From the human T2T-CHM13v2.0 reference genome, Homo sapiens, in the NCBI RefSeq assembly GCF_009914755.1, contig NC_060945.1: DNA of 64,000 bases, one strand, 5' to 3'. Shown in pieces: positions 11,740-25,119 of this stretch. Made by a program: the position numbers and the translations under genes. The notes below the pieces were generated by a model. That model was not told where the DNA came from. It searched no databases and worked only from the letters and a program-made list of their open reading frames with translations. Positions within the stretch are counted from its first letter, which is position 1; the number at the start of each line of letters is the position of its first letter.

Positions 11740-12685
11740 TTGCTCTTTCTTCTCTTCTTAAAATCCTGCTACACCACTGCCATGGAATCCCCGTCTAAGT
11801 CAATAGCAGCTCCATGCATCCAGCTGCTGGGGATAAGAAACCTGAAGTTATCATTTATGTCTCTCTTTTACACTCCATCTATAACCTCCCAGAAAATTTT
11901 ATTCTTTCTACTTTCAAAATGTAGCAGAATTTAATTGTTTCTTGCTGCTTGCACTGACTCAGCCTGTTTCAATCTCCAGTATTCCTCTGTCTGTGTACAA
12001 GGGAATGGTGGCTTGGACCAGTAACTTTGGAGGCCGAGGACAATCGCTTGAGGCCAGGAGTTCAAGACCAGCCTGGGTAACACAGCAAGACCCAGACTTC
12101 GTCTCTAAAAGACTAAATTAAAAATAAATTATTTTTAACAAGTTCCCCAGCTGCTACCCATGCCTTTCAGTCACTCGTCAACACACTGAAATGAAACCTG
12201 AAGTCACGATAACATCATAGTTGACTTAATTTGTTTTTATTGAAGCAGAGCGCTTTCTCCAATTTTACTTTTCTTTACACCCAACTGAAGTTTTCTTAAG
12301 CTGTTCAATTCTTTTAAACACCTAGCATATTAGATATTGCTTAAAAGTTAATGTTATATGCTCCTTTTCTCAAAACCCATGAATCATTCCCCACTTTACT
12401 CAGTAAAAGCCAAAATCATTACAATTACCTACAACGCCCTCTGTTTCTTTTTATCTTCATTCCTGCTATTCTCACTCCATCCCAGCCACATGGGCCTCCT
12501 TGCTTCTGTTTGAACAGACATCTCCCAATGTTAAGGTCTTCTGAGATGATCCCCATGGTGGGGTCCATAATATTCTCTTGGCTAAGCTCTGATGATGTTC
12601 TCTTGGCTAATTTTTTTTTTTCCCCGTGATGTTCTCTTGGCTAAGCCCTGACTGTTCTTCACGTTTATGTTTAAATATCATTTTT
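11740..12685 (+). mobile_element. L2a LINE-2 remnant, fragmented and interrupted by a FLAM
   Basis: aagaaacctgaagttatc, ctttcaaaatgtagcagaat, ctcaaaaccc...aaaagccaaaatc, ccagccacatgggcctccttgc are typical L2 motifs. Confidence 0.65.
12000..12128 (+). mobile_element. FLAM/AluJ left-monomer fragment
   Basis: tcgcttgaggccaggagttcaagaccagcctgggtaacacagcaagaccc followed by A-rich tail. Confidence 0.8.
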
Positions 12686-15090
12686 TATATAAGTATTTTG
12701 GAGTAAGACTTAAATGACAGAAAATCAACACATTGATTTTTTTAAATAACTCTCAGTATTATTCTCCTTGGGGGATCATTGTGTTGTAATTATGCTTTCA
12801 TGTTCTTTTATTAAAGATACCTATGGAGAACTTTATCCTTCCCTTCATAAGCCTGCCATATTTTTCAGTCAATCTTTGATAGATCTTTAACTGATCATTA
12901 CCATTATTAGAAATAAGTATAGATCTGGGATATAAAATGACTAGGGAAGGATTAAAAGAACACCGACTCCCAATTTTAAACATACCAGCATATTTTTTTC
13001 CTTTAAAAACCACACATGATGTTTTTGGATTAAAATAAATGTATTTTAATACCATTTTATGGAGGGACCTCTAGGAATGTACAAACAAGTTTAGAATCTG
13101 GGGGCTTAACAAGATATATGATTAGGTATAGCCATGTAAGACTACCATTAAACTCTACTCATTATTTATTTTTAATTTAATAAGCAAACTAAAAACTCAC
13201 TGTCCAACTAGTCATAGTTTTTTATCATTTTATTTATGATTAAGTCATAAAACACTTAACGTATATCAAGACTTGAATTTGGTTTATTAATAGATTAAAT
13301 TGATGTAACCGAACACTGCACTCGAATTAACTTAGTTCCAATAACCATAAACTTGGCCTGCGTGATTTCATTTGTAACCATTTTTTACCTTGTTAACTCA
13401 GTGTCCTCTCACTAATGTGGATCAATGGCAATGTACGGGCATATTACCTTTATAAATTCACGTATTTTTTCAATGTAGTAACTGTTTGGTAATTTCTGTT
13501 AACACTTTCTCCTTTCTTTAAATGGAATTAGAGAAATGTCGAATAGAACTCCTTTATGTAAGCATATCTTCGAGGGCAATATACAAGATAGTAGGAAAAT
13601 ATCCTAACCCTACTTGGATGCCCAATGCTAATGTCAATCTCTGTCATCACAGTCTTGTGGGATAATTGTTCATAACTTTCCACTGCATCACTGAGATAGG
13701 CTCATGTCGATTTATACCAGCTGGTATTCCATGGCTGTGGGCTAGCCACCATCTTTCACACCTCATTGAGTTCCCATCAGACTGTAAAGTACAGTAACTA
13801 AGTAATCTCTTGCTCGCTCTCCTTTTTGTTAATGTGTTGCACACTCTGCCAGTGTAAAGATGTATATGAACTGGGGTTTTCTCTAGAAATCAAGAAAGAA
13901 CATCCCACTGCTCACACCAGCTAAACCACACTGTAAGCAATTGCTTGTCTCCTAATTATAACTATAAAACAATATTGGATACACTGGGTTTTAAATGTCT
14001 AGCCCAAATTCATATATCTACTTAGTTTTGAAAAATTACTAGGACAGAGCTGGCACTTAAATGTTTTTGAACAATACCATAATACCATAAAGATATTCTT
14101 AAGCTGAGATTTTCTTTTTCTTAAATGAAGCAGTAAGCAAAAATCTCAGTGTACCATGTAAAATGAATTAATTTTAGCATGGTCCTTTGAGTCTATTTTA
14201 AATATTATATCCATTTATAAATGGGCTGCTGAGCTGATGGGAAAATAAGAAATGGCCTCCCAGGCATTCAGAAATAAAACCAAGAATAAAACTCAGTAGC
14301 TTTGGTTGAAAAATAAGATGTAGTACCTCAAAATAATTTCAAAATTTAGTATGAGAAAAAAATTGTTTAGAAGATTTTGAATGAAACATGCAAAATTGGT
14401 CTTTGGAGTTGTTACGAACCTATATTATGAGTAAACTTACAATAAGGATATAGCAGATATACTATTACCTGGACTTTTTCTCCATAATCTTACTCTCACA
14501 CCCTTAAATCTCTAAGGCTGACATTTCTGGAGGGAGGATTCATGAATATCCTGCAGAAGCAAGAATACAGAAGAAAGATTACCTACTTTCAACACAACAC
14601 TAATAGACTTTTGACATTCTGTTTCCAATCCTCCAGGCACCCTCCACTCCCAATTTCTCTGCTCATAATGTCTTCATTCCAAAATTAAGTTGATACTTCC
14701 CCAATTCCCTTCCCACTTTTTACCTAATTATCTACCTATAAAAATATGTTGGAACAACAAAATATAGCTACAAGGGAAGCACATACACATATACAGACAC
14801 ACACTCACTCCAACACCCTTAGGTAAAACAAACAACATTTAGAGAAACTATGTTATTCTCTTAGGTTTTAAAAGTAAAATGAAAATCTCTGTTGGTTTGA
14901 TTTTGTTTTCCTGAGAGTTTTCCAGAGTGGTTAGCACATCGTTCGCATTTAGGAATCAATATTATTTATGTTATTGGAATCATACTAAACGGCAGACATT
15001 GAAGATGCCATAGTCAGTAATGGAATACCAAATATAATATCCTGTCAAATAGTCCTCAGGGAACTGATGGTCACAAGATAGTCTACTCAA

Positions 15091-15100
15091 TTTTTATTTC

Positions 15101-15138
<38 letters not shown>

Positions 15139-15418
15139 GAGACCAGGTCTCGCTCGGTTGTCCAGATTGGAGTGCAGAGGTGCAATTACAGCTCACTGCA
15201 GCTTTGACCTCCTTGGCTCAAGTGATCCTCCCGCCTCAGCCTCCTGAGTAGCTGGGACTACAGGCACAAATCCATGCCCGGCTAATTTTTAATTTTTAGT
15301 AGAGATGAGGTCTCGTTATGTTGCCCAGGCTGATCTGGAACTCCTGAGCTCAAGCAATCCTCCCATCTCAGCCTCCCAAAGTGCTGGGTTGACAGGCATG
15401 AGCCTCTGCACTCAGTCC
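15091..15418 (-). mobile_element. AluJ with (TTA)n-expanded tail
   Basis: full antisense dimer with J-type features (gctcactgcagc, ctcaagtgatcctccc); (TTA)n about 15101-15137. Confidence 0.92.
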
Positions 15419-15744
15419 ATGTTAATTTTCCATTTGCAGAACATTTTTCTTCCAAATCAAAAATGAGTATTATTATCTTCCACCTACCCATATAGTAATA
15501 TTTGTGCCTTAATGAAACATCCAAAACAAGATTTTGTCTGAAAAATGTGTTCAAATATTTGAAATGTACTATTATTTCTTATATTAACATTTTCTTTTAA
15601 GCTGGTATTCACAATTCAGTGAACTATTTTCATGAAATGTTTCCCTCTGAGTTCAGTAAATTAGTGAACCCTAATGCCATGTTTAATCTTTATTGCCAAA
15701 TAGTTTTTCCTCTCTGTACAGTATCTAGAACTATGATAATTATT

Positions 15745-15898
15745 TTATTACTTATTTATTGTCTCATTTCATACATTGAAGTAAGTTCCCTGCAAAATCA
15801 TAATCATCTACTGTCTTCATGATTGACTCCCTAGTATATACAACAATTCTTGGCGCATAGTAGATATTCAAGAAATAGCAGTGAAATTAATGAATAAA
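15745..15898 (+). mobile_element. L2 3' end
   Basis: cttggcgcatagtagatattcaagaaata...tgaataaa terminal motif. Confidence 0.7.
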
Positions 15899-16587
15899 CA
15901 GATGTATTGTGTAGCTCCAAATGATCTCATGTCACTGTACACTTAATATAAAGCTCTTATTTGATATGTGATACTGAGCCACAAGACGATAGTGAATTAT
16001 TTTAAACCACTTAGATAGTCTGCAGCCAGGTTTGTACTAAAATGCAAGCCAGTTAACTGATTCCAGTGCTTCTTGCCTTTTTCCTACACAGCCTCTCCCC
16101 TGATAACCAGAACCTGCATAATCTCAGTTAAAATATGACATGTATAATTAGATATGATTCCATATATCATTTCATGCAGCCTGAAATAATAATCACTGCT
16201 ATGATTGCAATATTTTGTATATAGTCTTCTAAAATTTTGTCAAATTTCTTTTAGCAATTTATGTTCCTGTTGCCACATACTTGTGACTAGCAAACACTCC
16301 ACGATTTTTAACATCATTTGGAGTTTGTGCATTTTCACACTTCATTTATCCCCATTAAGATGATAGTTATTAGTTTCAACCCATGTTTCCAGGTTCTTGA
16401 GATAATTCTAAATCTTGATTCTGACATCTATGATATTAAGCAGCAATTTCAGATTTGTGTTAAGCACAAACTTGAATAAAATGCATCTTTGCTTAAGGAT
16501 GCAAAACAAAGTCTTGAGGGCTAAATTAGATCTACATGAGCATTTTCATTAGCCAGTATAGGCTTTTTAAAAAAATATATATGAAGG

Positions 16588-17055
16588 TGTATTAATTTCC
16601 TGGGGTTGTCATAAAAAAGTACCAAAAGCCAGGTGGCTTAAAATAACAGAAATTTATTTGCTCACAGTGTGCAGGCTAGAAGTCTGAAATCAAGGTCCCA
16701 GCAGGGCCATGATCAATCTGACTGCTCTTGGGGGAAATTCTTCCTTGCCACTCTTAGCTTCTGCTGTTTATCTGCAATCCTTGCCTTCTCTTAGTTCGTA
16801 GATACATTAGTCCACTTACATGGCCATCATCTTCTCCCTGTGTGGCTTCAAGTCATTTTCCCTCTGTGTGTGTCATCTCTTGTCCCAGTTTTCCCTTTTT
16901 ATAAGGATACTAGTCATATTGGATTGGGGCTCACTTTAATGATCTCATCTTAACATGATTATCTCTGTAAAGACCTTATTTCCAAATAAGATCACATTCT
17001 GAGATATTCAGCATTAGGATATTATAGGTAGCAAAGACACTATTCAACCCCAGAC
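16588..17055 (-). mobile_element. MLT1C-like solo LTR
   Basis: tgtattaatttcct...ggtggcttaaaataacagaaatttatt...gaagtctgaaatcaagg...tttccaaataagatcacattctgag...attcaaccc. Confidence 0.85.
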
Positions 17056-17109
17056 CAAAAGCATTTGGATTAGTGATTTCTGCGCAAAGTGGTAGATATA
17101 TTATAATAC

Positions 17110-17233
17110 TGATAATATTATATGTAATGTGTCATATATATCATATATGTCATACATACATACCTGTTCTAAATGCATGATGTCCATATATATGCACACA
17201 TATATGACAAGTTTGTGTGTGTGTGTGTGTGTG
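17110..17233. repeat. TA/CA-rich low complexity plus (TG)n
   Basis: direct reading. Confidence 0.8.
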
Positions 17234-17305
17234 TTAGTGCAAAGTTTTAAACTTTCTAGTCTCCATAAAATTCTTCTTGCTTTGGCAAAAGCCATCGGTT
17301 GGTAA

Positions 17306-17642
<337 letters not shown>

Positions 17643-19381
17643 TTGATCAATTTATTTTTGAACTCAGTCTATGTGACTTCACTTTATATATCATAATATC
17701 ACAAATCCTAATGCTTCTTTTCAGTCTTGTAGCAGATTTTAAAGTGGGGCAAAAAGAGGAATCCATTACCATCACAATGCTGGAGTACTGATGTGACATA
17801 ATGTCTAGTAATGTTTTTATAGATCCAATAGCATCCAACAGAAAACACAATTTTGTTTGCATGACTCAACTTGAGAGAAAATAATTCATACATTAGTGTG
17901 ACTGAATCCAGATATTTTCCAGTTAAAATAAGTCATTTATCATTTTACTTATTTATAGCTTAATATTGGAAAAAGCAGAGAGCATTAACTTGCATATATG
18001 TCTCAGTTAAAAATATAGTAGAAAACAGCATATTCGATTAAGACCTTGCTATTCCTCTTACCAATGGTACACATGGGAAAACACTGGAAAATGGAGCATC
18101 AAGTCCTAAATCTTTTAAGCAGAATAATATATTTGTCTAATAAATCTGTGAAAAGTATTTTAAATAACATATGGGTTACCATGGGATTTACTGTGATAGG
18201 TTAGAAGATAATAATATATAGTGGAAGTCCTACTTGCTAGAAACTTAGTTTAAATTCCAAACATATTTACTTACCTCATATCTATTAAAATCAAAGTGCC
18301 AATCTGTTATTCCCACTCCTGGCAGGTGGTTCTCTGTCACATTGTTCAACAGCAACATCTACTGGCTGCAATGTCCACATCTAACTTCTGTTGCTTGGAT
18401 TTCTACTGTTTGGTATGTTTCAAATGTTATTCCAGGGAGTGGTTTGAATAGGAAGGTTGGATTACATTGGGAGAAAGAAGAGATCATCAAAAGTTCTTGA
18501 AAGCAGATTTCTTTAATAATTTAATTTTTATTAGGTACTTAGAGAAAACAAAATCTATCCATTCAGGGTTTCCAGAGTCTCATTGCTTGAGCCATACATG
18601 GAAACCAGCTTGTGGATAGTTGTACATCAGAAAACCATTTATGATTACTGTCTCAGAGTAGCTACCTTACTGAGAGATATGAAACATAGCTATACATGGA
18701 AGGAACAACAGACTTTATAGAAATGATTAAAATCAAAATATACTCTATCATATAAATTTGTATTTAAAGGATATACTTTACTATTTAATGGTGATTATCA
18801 CAATGAGCACAAGATTTGGGGGAATTACTCATAACTTTATTCTTTTTCATTATTTTCAGCATATTAACTTTGAGTTCCAAACATAAACTATACAAATTAT
18901 CTAAAAATATACTTGGTACCTTTTGATATGGTACCTCTCCATGTACAGAATGACTGCACTGCCCTCTGATTTGTATTCCCTGCCAACACTCTTATATAAT
19001 CAATAGCTTTAAAAATTTTCAATTTGGATATTCAGCTCGTTAGATTCCAACCTTCTGCTTCATTGACATTCTTCAATAATGAACTTTCATTTCTTTTAGG
19101 CAGGATGAAATGAACTTGGCATATGACTTTAGCTTTAAAAAATTGTATTTAAGGAGAATAAACATAAGCATTTAATATTCTGGAGTTTCTTACTACCACA
19201 GTGTAATTTTCATACCACACATATATAAGGTTTTCCTTTTCTACTTCTACCAAGTTATCATATAGTTAGTTACTTCTGATGGTTTTAAGAAAAAGTTATA
19301 GCAATAGATATTACTGGAAAAGTTATTTAATTCACAAGTGATCACTGGTTTACTCATTTATGCATTTTAATGTACAAATTC

Positions 19382-19512
19382 TTTTTTCAGAAATAGAGAC
19401 ACAGGTCTCACTTTGTTGCCCAGGCTGGTTTCAAACTCCTGGGCTCCAGCAATCCTCCTCTCTTGGCCTCCCAAAGTGCTGGGATTACAGGCATGAGCCA
19501 CTGAGACCGGCC
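19382..19512 (-). mobile_element. FLAM_C / free left Alu monomer
   Basis: single monomer ending cggcc; aaattctt on both flanks. Confidence 0.85.
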
Positions 19513-19619
19513 AAGAAAATTCTTACATACCATGTTTTGGGTCAGGTGCTGCCCTACTAGGCCAAAATATTAATTCATTTAATTATCTAAAAACTCTAGA
19601 ATCCCTGGAATAATTCAGA

Positions 19620-19940
19620 TTAATTTTGCTCAGCAAATATTCCCTCCCTCCTCCACCCATTGTGAATGAGAATATGATCCAGTATATGATCCCACCCAAC
19701 TGAAACTGGGCTTGAATTTAAGACTTGCTTTGGCAAGTACAACACATTGACCAGAAAAGAGATCTTCAGTGTGCTTGCATGTTTTGGCTTACTTCTTAGG
19801 CTTTTATGATATATCAGTCACTGTCCCTGTTTGGGTTCCAGAATAAACAAATAAAGACCTGGTCCCAACCTCTAAGTACAGAGCCTGGCCACGCAGAGAC
19901 TTCCAGCCAAACCCATCCTAGGTCAACTAAACCTTGTGTA
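19620..19940 (+). mobile_element. MLT1I/J-like LTR fragment
   Basis: caaatattccctccc, ttgctttggc, cagtgtgcttgcatg, ccagccaaacccatcctaggtca motifs. Confidence 0.55.
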
Positions 19941-19964
19941 GAATTTCACTAAATATAACGTTAA

Positions 19965-20460
19965 TGGTGCTTCCTGGTCATTTGGCCTCAATATTATAGT
20001 GAAACAGCAAGCACAAAAAAAGTTATCATTCTTACAGGTACAATTGACTCTGATTATCAAGAGAACAGTGAGTCATTGTGACACAATAGGTGCAGGAGAG
20101 AGGATTGTTGGAACTGAGGTGATTCTCTGGTAACCTTGGCATGTCTATGTCTGGTAAAAATAATAAGAAATCATAGTCTGACAAGGGCATGGTAACCAAG
20201 TTCTCAATTCCTTGAGAATGAAAGTCTGGGTTGTCTTATGAGATGAGCAACCCAGACCTGATCAAATATAGAGGAAGAATATATTGAGTATTATTGATAG
20301 CCTTAGTACCAGTTTCAGCCATGGTTACTACAGATAGGCCTGCTACTACTCCTTTCACTTTTTTCCCCCTTAAAAATTATGCCTTACCACTCTCACAAAG
20401 AAGCATTGTCAGCACAGAGAGAATATGTTGTGAGACACGAGTGGATATAAGGGGGGGTAT
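19965..20460 (+). mobile_element. ERVL-class internal remnant (dUTPase region to polypurine tract)
   Basis: cctggtcatttggcctc...attgactctgattatcaaga...gaatgaaagtctgggttgtc...taccagtttcagccatgg parallels recalled HERVL 3' internal sequence; ends in ggatataagggggggt. Confidence 0.6.
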
Positions 20461-20489
20461 AAGTGATGAACTTGTCAGCGCCCTAGCAT

Positions 20490-20858
20490 TAGTGTGGGAT
20501 ATTCATTACAGTTGATGAACCAATATTGATATATTATTAGTTAATAATAAAGAATTATTATTTGTTATAATTATTAGCTATTAATGATTAGTTAATAATG
20601 TATCAATATTGGTTTATCAATTGTAATAAATACAGTTTATAGTTTACATTAAGGTCCAATCTTTGTGTTGTATAGTCTATGGATCTTGACAAATGTATCC
20701 TGCATACATCCACCATTACAGTATTATACAGAATAGTTTCACTGCCCTAAAAATCTCCCTTGCTCTGACTGTTCAATTCTGTCCACTGAACCCTTGGCAA
20801 CTACTGATTGTTTTGCTATATCTTTACTTGTGCGTTTTCCAGAATGCCATATTGTTGG
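20490..20858 (-). mobile_element. L1MC/L1MD 3' region fragment with internal inverted duplication
   Basis: ttgatgaaccaatattgata, catccaccattacagtat..cagaatagtttcactgccctaaaaatc, ttttccagaatgccatat. Confidence 0.8.
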
Positions 20859-21282
20859 GCCCACCATTTCCTTATTTTTAGCTGCTAAGGTTGCTATCAC
20901 AATGAGTTCAGGGACTCGAGTGGTGACACCATTTATCCTGGGTTGTAGAGTTGGCTCCTCATGGCACGTCTTTGGAGGCTTGGTATGAGCCGCTGTAGAA
21001 AACTGGGAAAATCTTTCTTTTATCTCTAGCAAGTAAGTTATTTATAACTTATTAACTCGTTTTATAAATCTTTAATATTTCAACTGCAGTTAACAACCTG
21101 AGCAGCTTGCCTCCATGAAAACAAATATTGAACATATATAAAATATGTGTGCGTGTGTATCTACAAATCTACTCAAAATTATAAGTAGAAAAAAATTACA
21201 ATTAAGAGTCATCGGGAATAGGAATAGGATCCACTATACATAAACAAATCAGGCCTTTAGAATTGCTGCAAATACTGCTTTG

Positions 21283-21342
21283 AAATTTATTCTTTTCATA
21301 AATATGTAAGTTAAATTTATTCTTTTCATAAATAAGTAAATT
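21283..21342. repeat. 30-bp tandem duplication (28/30 identical)
   Basis: aaatttattcttttcataaatatgtaagtt / aaatttattcttttcataaataagtaaatt. Confidence 0.9.
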
Positions 21343-22879
21343 AAATATTACGATTATAATATTTTTCCTAAAATACATGTTTCATCAATATTTCCTGAGG
21401 GTGTTCTCCAATATACCCTGTAGCTACCCAGCTGAAATGGCCATGGTCATCCTGCTACGTGTAAAGTACTTTAAGTGGTCTTATGTTGTGCTACTTTAAA
21501 ACATAATTATTACTTTTATTGTTACTTTACCTTCACATTTGGAAAAATACAACCAACAAATCCTGTACCTCTGTCTAGTTTATTTTCATTAGTATTATAA
21601 CCACAAGCAAAGGAAACAGATGTTTTTATCACAAAAACATTTTGTAAATATGCAAGACCAAGAAAGCAACAATAAGCATGTTGTGCAGTTAGTACCATTT
21701 TCTCTGATCCACTAAAGTCAGTTGTCCAAGAAAGGAGCTGTTTATACTACTCCTATATTGCTAGGGCAGTTGCAGACTGATGACTTATGATCAAGAAAAA
21801 TTAATTTTCTCTTGTAATACTGAAATCCTCAAAAGCATGAGTTTTGTATCGATGCCTGAATTTCTGAAGTCATATTTTTGAAATAACATGTAATATGTAA
21901 TTTGAATTCAGTTACTCCAAACATTATTATCAGTTATTTTCCAAGAAAAATACATACATTGCATTTGATATTGCCTAATTTCTGAAATTGGTTGAGTCTA
22001 AAATAATAACGTCAAATATGATTTTCTAACAAACATGTAAAATTAGCCGCAAGCTATATGAACAATTTCATACGCTATAATCTTATTAGGGGAAAAAGTT
22101 TTGTCTATATCCTTTTGATTGCCTTTGGATAACAATTATATGTTAGAAGGCAAGGTCTAAGGTTAGCAAGGTATAAGTTAATAATAAAAAATTGTGATGT
22201 AATAATTTGAATAAAAATTTAAAAAGTATGAAAATTAGCCATTTTTGGTACAATCTATACTTCACTTTGTGAAAAAAATCCACATCCATCATATGCAATA
22301 CTTTTACACACAATGTACCAACCAGCAATCAGTGAAGAAATATGCCATCTCTTTATGTATATTACTAATTTTCCTGAAAACTAAACCCCTTTCAGATTAT
22401 AAATTTCATAGTCTACAAATTTATATTGTTAAATACACTTAATATTTTCTTAGGAAAATTCTTATAAATACAACTATCATCCAAAATTTGATTGTATATT
22501 TAAATATTTGGTTCACATGGCGAAGAATCTTTCCATAAAATCTTTAGCAATTGAGAGCTTTCCAGAGATCTAAAGACTCCTGATTCCTCCACAAATATAC
22601 TGATATTTAGCATTATTATTCTTCAATTAGATTCCAACTTAAGAGATAAACACATATTTTACATTTAGTTCAATCATATTTTCTTTGATTAGAATTTGCA
22701 TCCATATATTCTGTATATGACTATACTTGTCTATCTATGTATTTATGCATCTATCAATCTATCATCTATCATCTCTCTAGTCTTCATTGCAAAGTGCATG
22801 ATAATATTTCCCACCCACTTGTATCTTCCACTGCTTTTATTTACTATTGATTTAAATAAACTCTTGCATTAGTGATTAA

Positions 22880-23030
22880 AACTTTGTATGTCATAAATGT
22901 GTCTCTTTTTTTCTCAATTTTTAGTTACCTTTTAATTTTGCTTATTGATTATTATTTAACGCTCAAAGTTAAAATATTTGTTTGGCTAAATCAGTCAACC
23001 TTTTCCTTTATAGTTTTTGTGTTTGGTGGT
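22880..23030 (-). mobile_element. Ancient L1M(E) ORF2 fragment
   Basis: ccttttaattttgcttat...aaatcagtcaaccttttcctttatagtttttgtgtttgg antisense L1 pattern. Confidence 0.5.
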
Positions 23031-23950
23031 AAAGATGAATTTTAAAGCAAAAGTTTTTCTTTTCGATAAACTTTCATTAAGCACTTACCGTAGCTTAGGA
23101 ACACAGAGAATCAATTAAGTGCTTGTCCGGCATGCAATTTCAACCAAGTTGTGGAGATAGAAATGCAAATGTACATTCACACAACATTAAGAAATATTTT
23201 ATCAACAGCAATCTACCAATAAATGCAAATTGATATGGTGCAAATTGAGAACATATGTGCTGAGAATAAAGGAATGTGTAATTGAATGGAACTTCTCAAG
23301 GGAGGGAAATTAGAGATAATAAAAATCCAAGGCTTTCAGAATTTTTATGACATCTTTTTGTCAGTGATTCTTCTATGCATCTATGAATTATTCTACTTTG
23401 CATATATTTGAAGAAGCTGGATCTTGCTATATACATTTTACATATTTCTTCTAGGACAAGAGGAGTTGAAGTTGATATGTTATAAATGCTTAAGCATAAA
23501 TGCAATTTTCAGCATTATTTTTCTGGGAAATTGAAAGTGAGACAGGAATGGTTAGGAAATAAGAATTAATTATTTTCTTTACTAGCCATGAATGCACTCT
23601 ACACCTTCAAATCCAGCTATGCCTTACCACCCTGTTGTCACCTAGTACTTTTGAAGTTTCATTTCAGAAGTAAAGGTATAATAAGAGAGAAAATTATGGA
23701 AGTGGTGATAGTATTGTGAGGTTATCAAAGGAATAACAACCACAAAATAAGGAAATAGAACTGCTCATTTTCACTTTCAAATATATACCTAATAATCTAG
23801 TTATTATTGGAAGTTTGATGCTCATTTTGAGTACGAATTTAAAAACCTCAGTTTTGGAGAAATATGTTAGTGAAATTTTCTCAATACTTCGTAGTTAAAA
23901 CTTGATTTTGTTCTAATGCCTTAAAATGACTTCCTGGGAGCTGTTTCTGC

Positions 23951-23973
23951 TCTCTCTCTCTCTCTCTCTCTCT
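23951..23973. repeat. (TC)n microsatellite
   Basis: direct reading. Confidence 0.95.
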
Positions 23974-25064
23974 GCAGTTGTCCTCAACACTCATCACTGA
24001 TATAAAATGAAAAAAGGAAGAAGTGATGACATTGTAACCATGGTTTTCCCTATAGTTCCTGTGTCTGCTGTGCATTTTACCTTCTAATTTTCCTAGAGTT
24101 GGATTTTAAATGATCCAGTTCTAAAGCACAATTTTCACTAGTACTTGAAATATCTCTCTTGAATACTTAACTTCCATATTACTCTGATGAGCAAGACAGG
24201 CCATGTTAGGGAAAACCCTCAAGTGAATTCATGTTCCTTTCTTAAACCAAAAAAATTCAAATCACGTTTCCCTTCCTTGGGAGTGAATCTACTCCATACT
24301 AAGGTACGTGCAAAGCAGAACTTTTCAAGATAAAAATGTATTCAGAACCCATAAAACTATTTTTTTATATTTATATCTTTTCTTCTTTCTCAAAGTTCAT
24401 GGTCTACAGTTTTTTTTCTCCTCTTCCCCAAACATACAATGAAAAAGTGAAAAAAGACTTTTGTAACTATGAGGTTGCAAATTCACTGAAGAACCAAGTC
24501 ATTATTCATTTCAGCATGTCTCTTTCGTGATGACTAATGTATGCAATTCCATCATTACCAATAAACATTGGTCCCATGTTGAATTTTAGTTTTTTATAAG
24601 ATAGTATGCAACAGTAAAACAATTCTCAGTTAAGGAAACAGAAGACTAACATTCTGAGAAATGAAAATAAATAAATTTTAAGAAAAACCTTCTAATTTTT
24701 GAAAGTAATGTTAGTGCAGGATCTGTGTATGAAGTTATAGAATAAACAACACTGGAATTGTTATATAGGGTAGTATACAAATATATAGCCCTTAGGAAAA
24801 AAAAATATTCTTGCTCTTGGCTCCTGCTGACTAAACACTATTTGCCATTTTGGTCTTATTTCTGGTAACTAAACTCTTGAAATCAATGGTCCATTTAATT
24901 TTAACTCTTTTCTGTTTCTGAAAAACCCTACACCTGCCCACCTACACTGTGTTCTACCTAGCACACTTTTTTGTTTCCCTTTAATTATTTAGTTCCTGCT
25001 TAACCTATTAGTTTGGTATTTCAGGATCTTGAGCCTTCGAATCTGGGTCCGTTCCCATTCCCAT

Positions 25065-25082
25065 TGCACCCTCTGGTGGCCA
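25065..25082 (-). promoter_or_regulatory. Candidate CTCF binding site
   Basis: minus strand TGGCCACCAGAGGGTGCA versus core consensus TGGCCACCAGGGGGCGC. Confidence 0.6.
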
Positions 25083-25119
25083 TCTCCATATCCATCTTAG
25101 TTAATTAAGCCAATTTTGA

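Noticed and set aside
13260-13900. Repeat-free, possibly conserved stretch
   Set aside because: No ORF, paired splice sites or motif cluster that I could support without a conservation track
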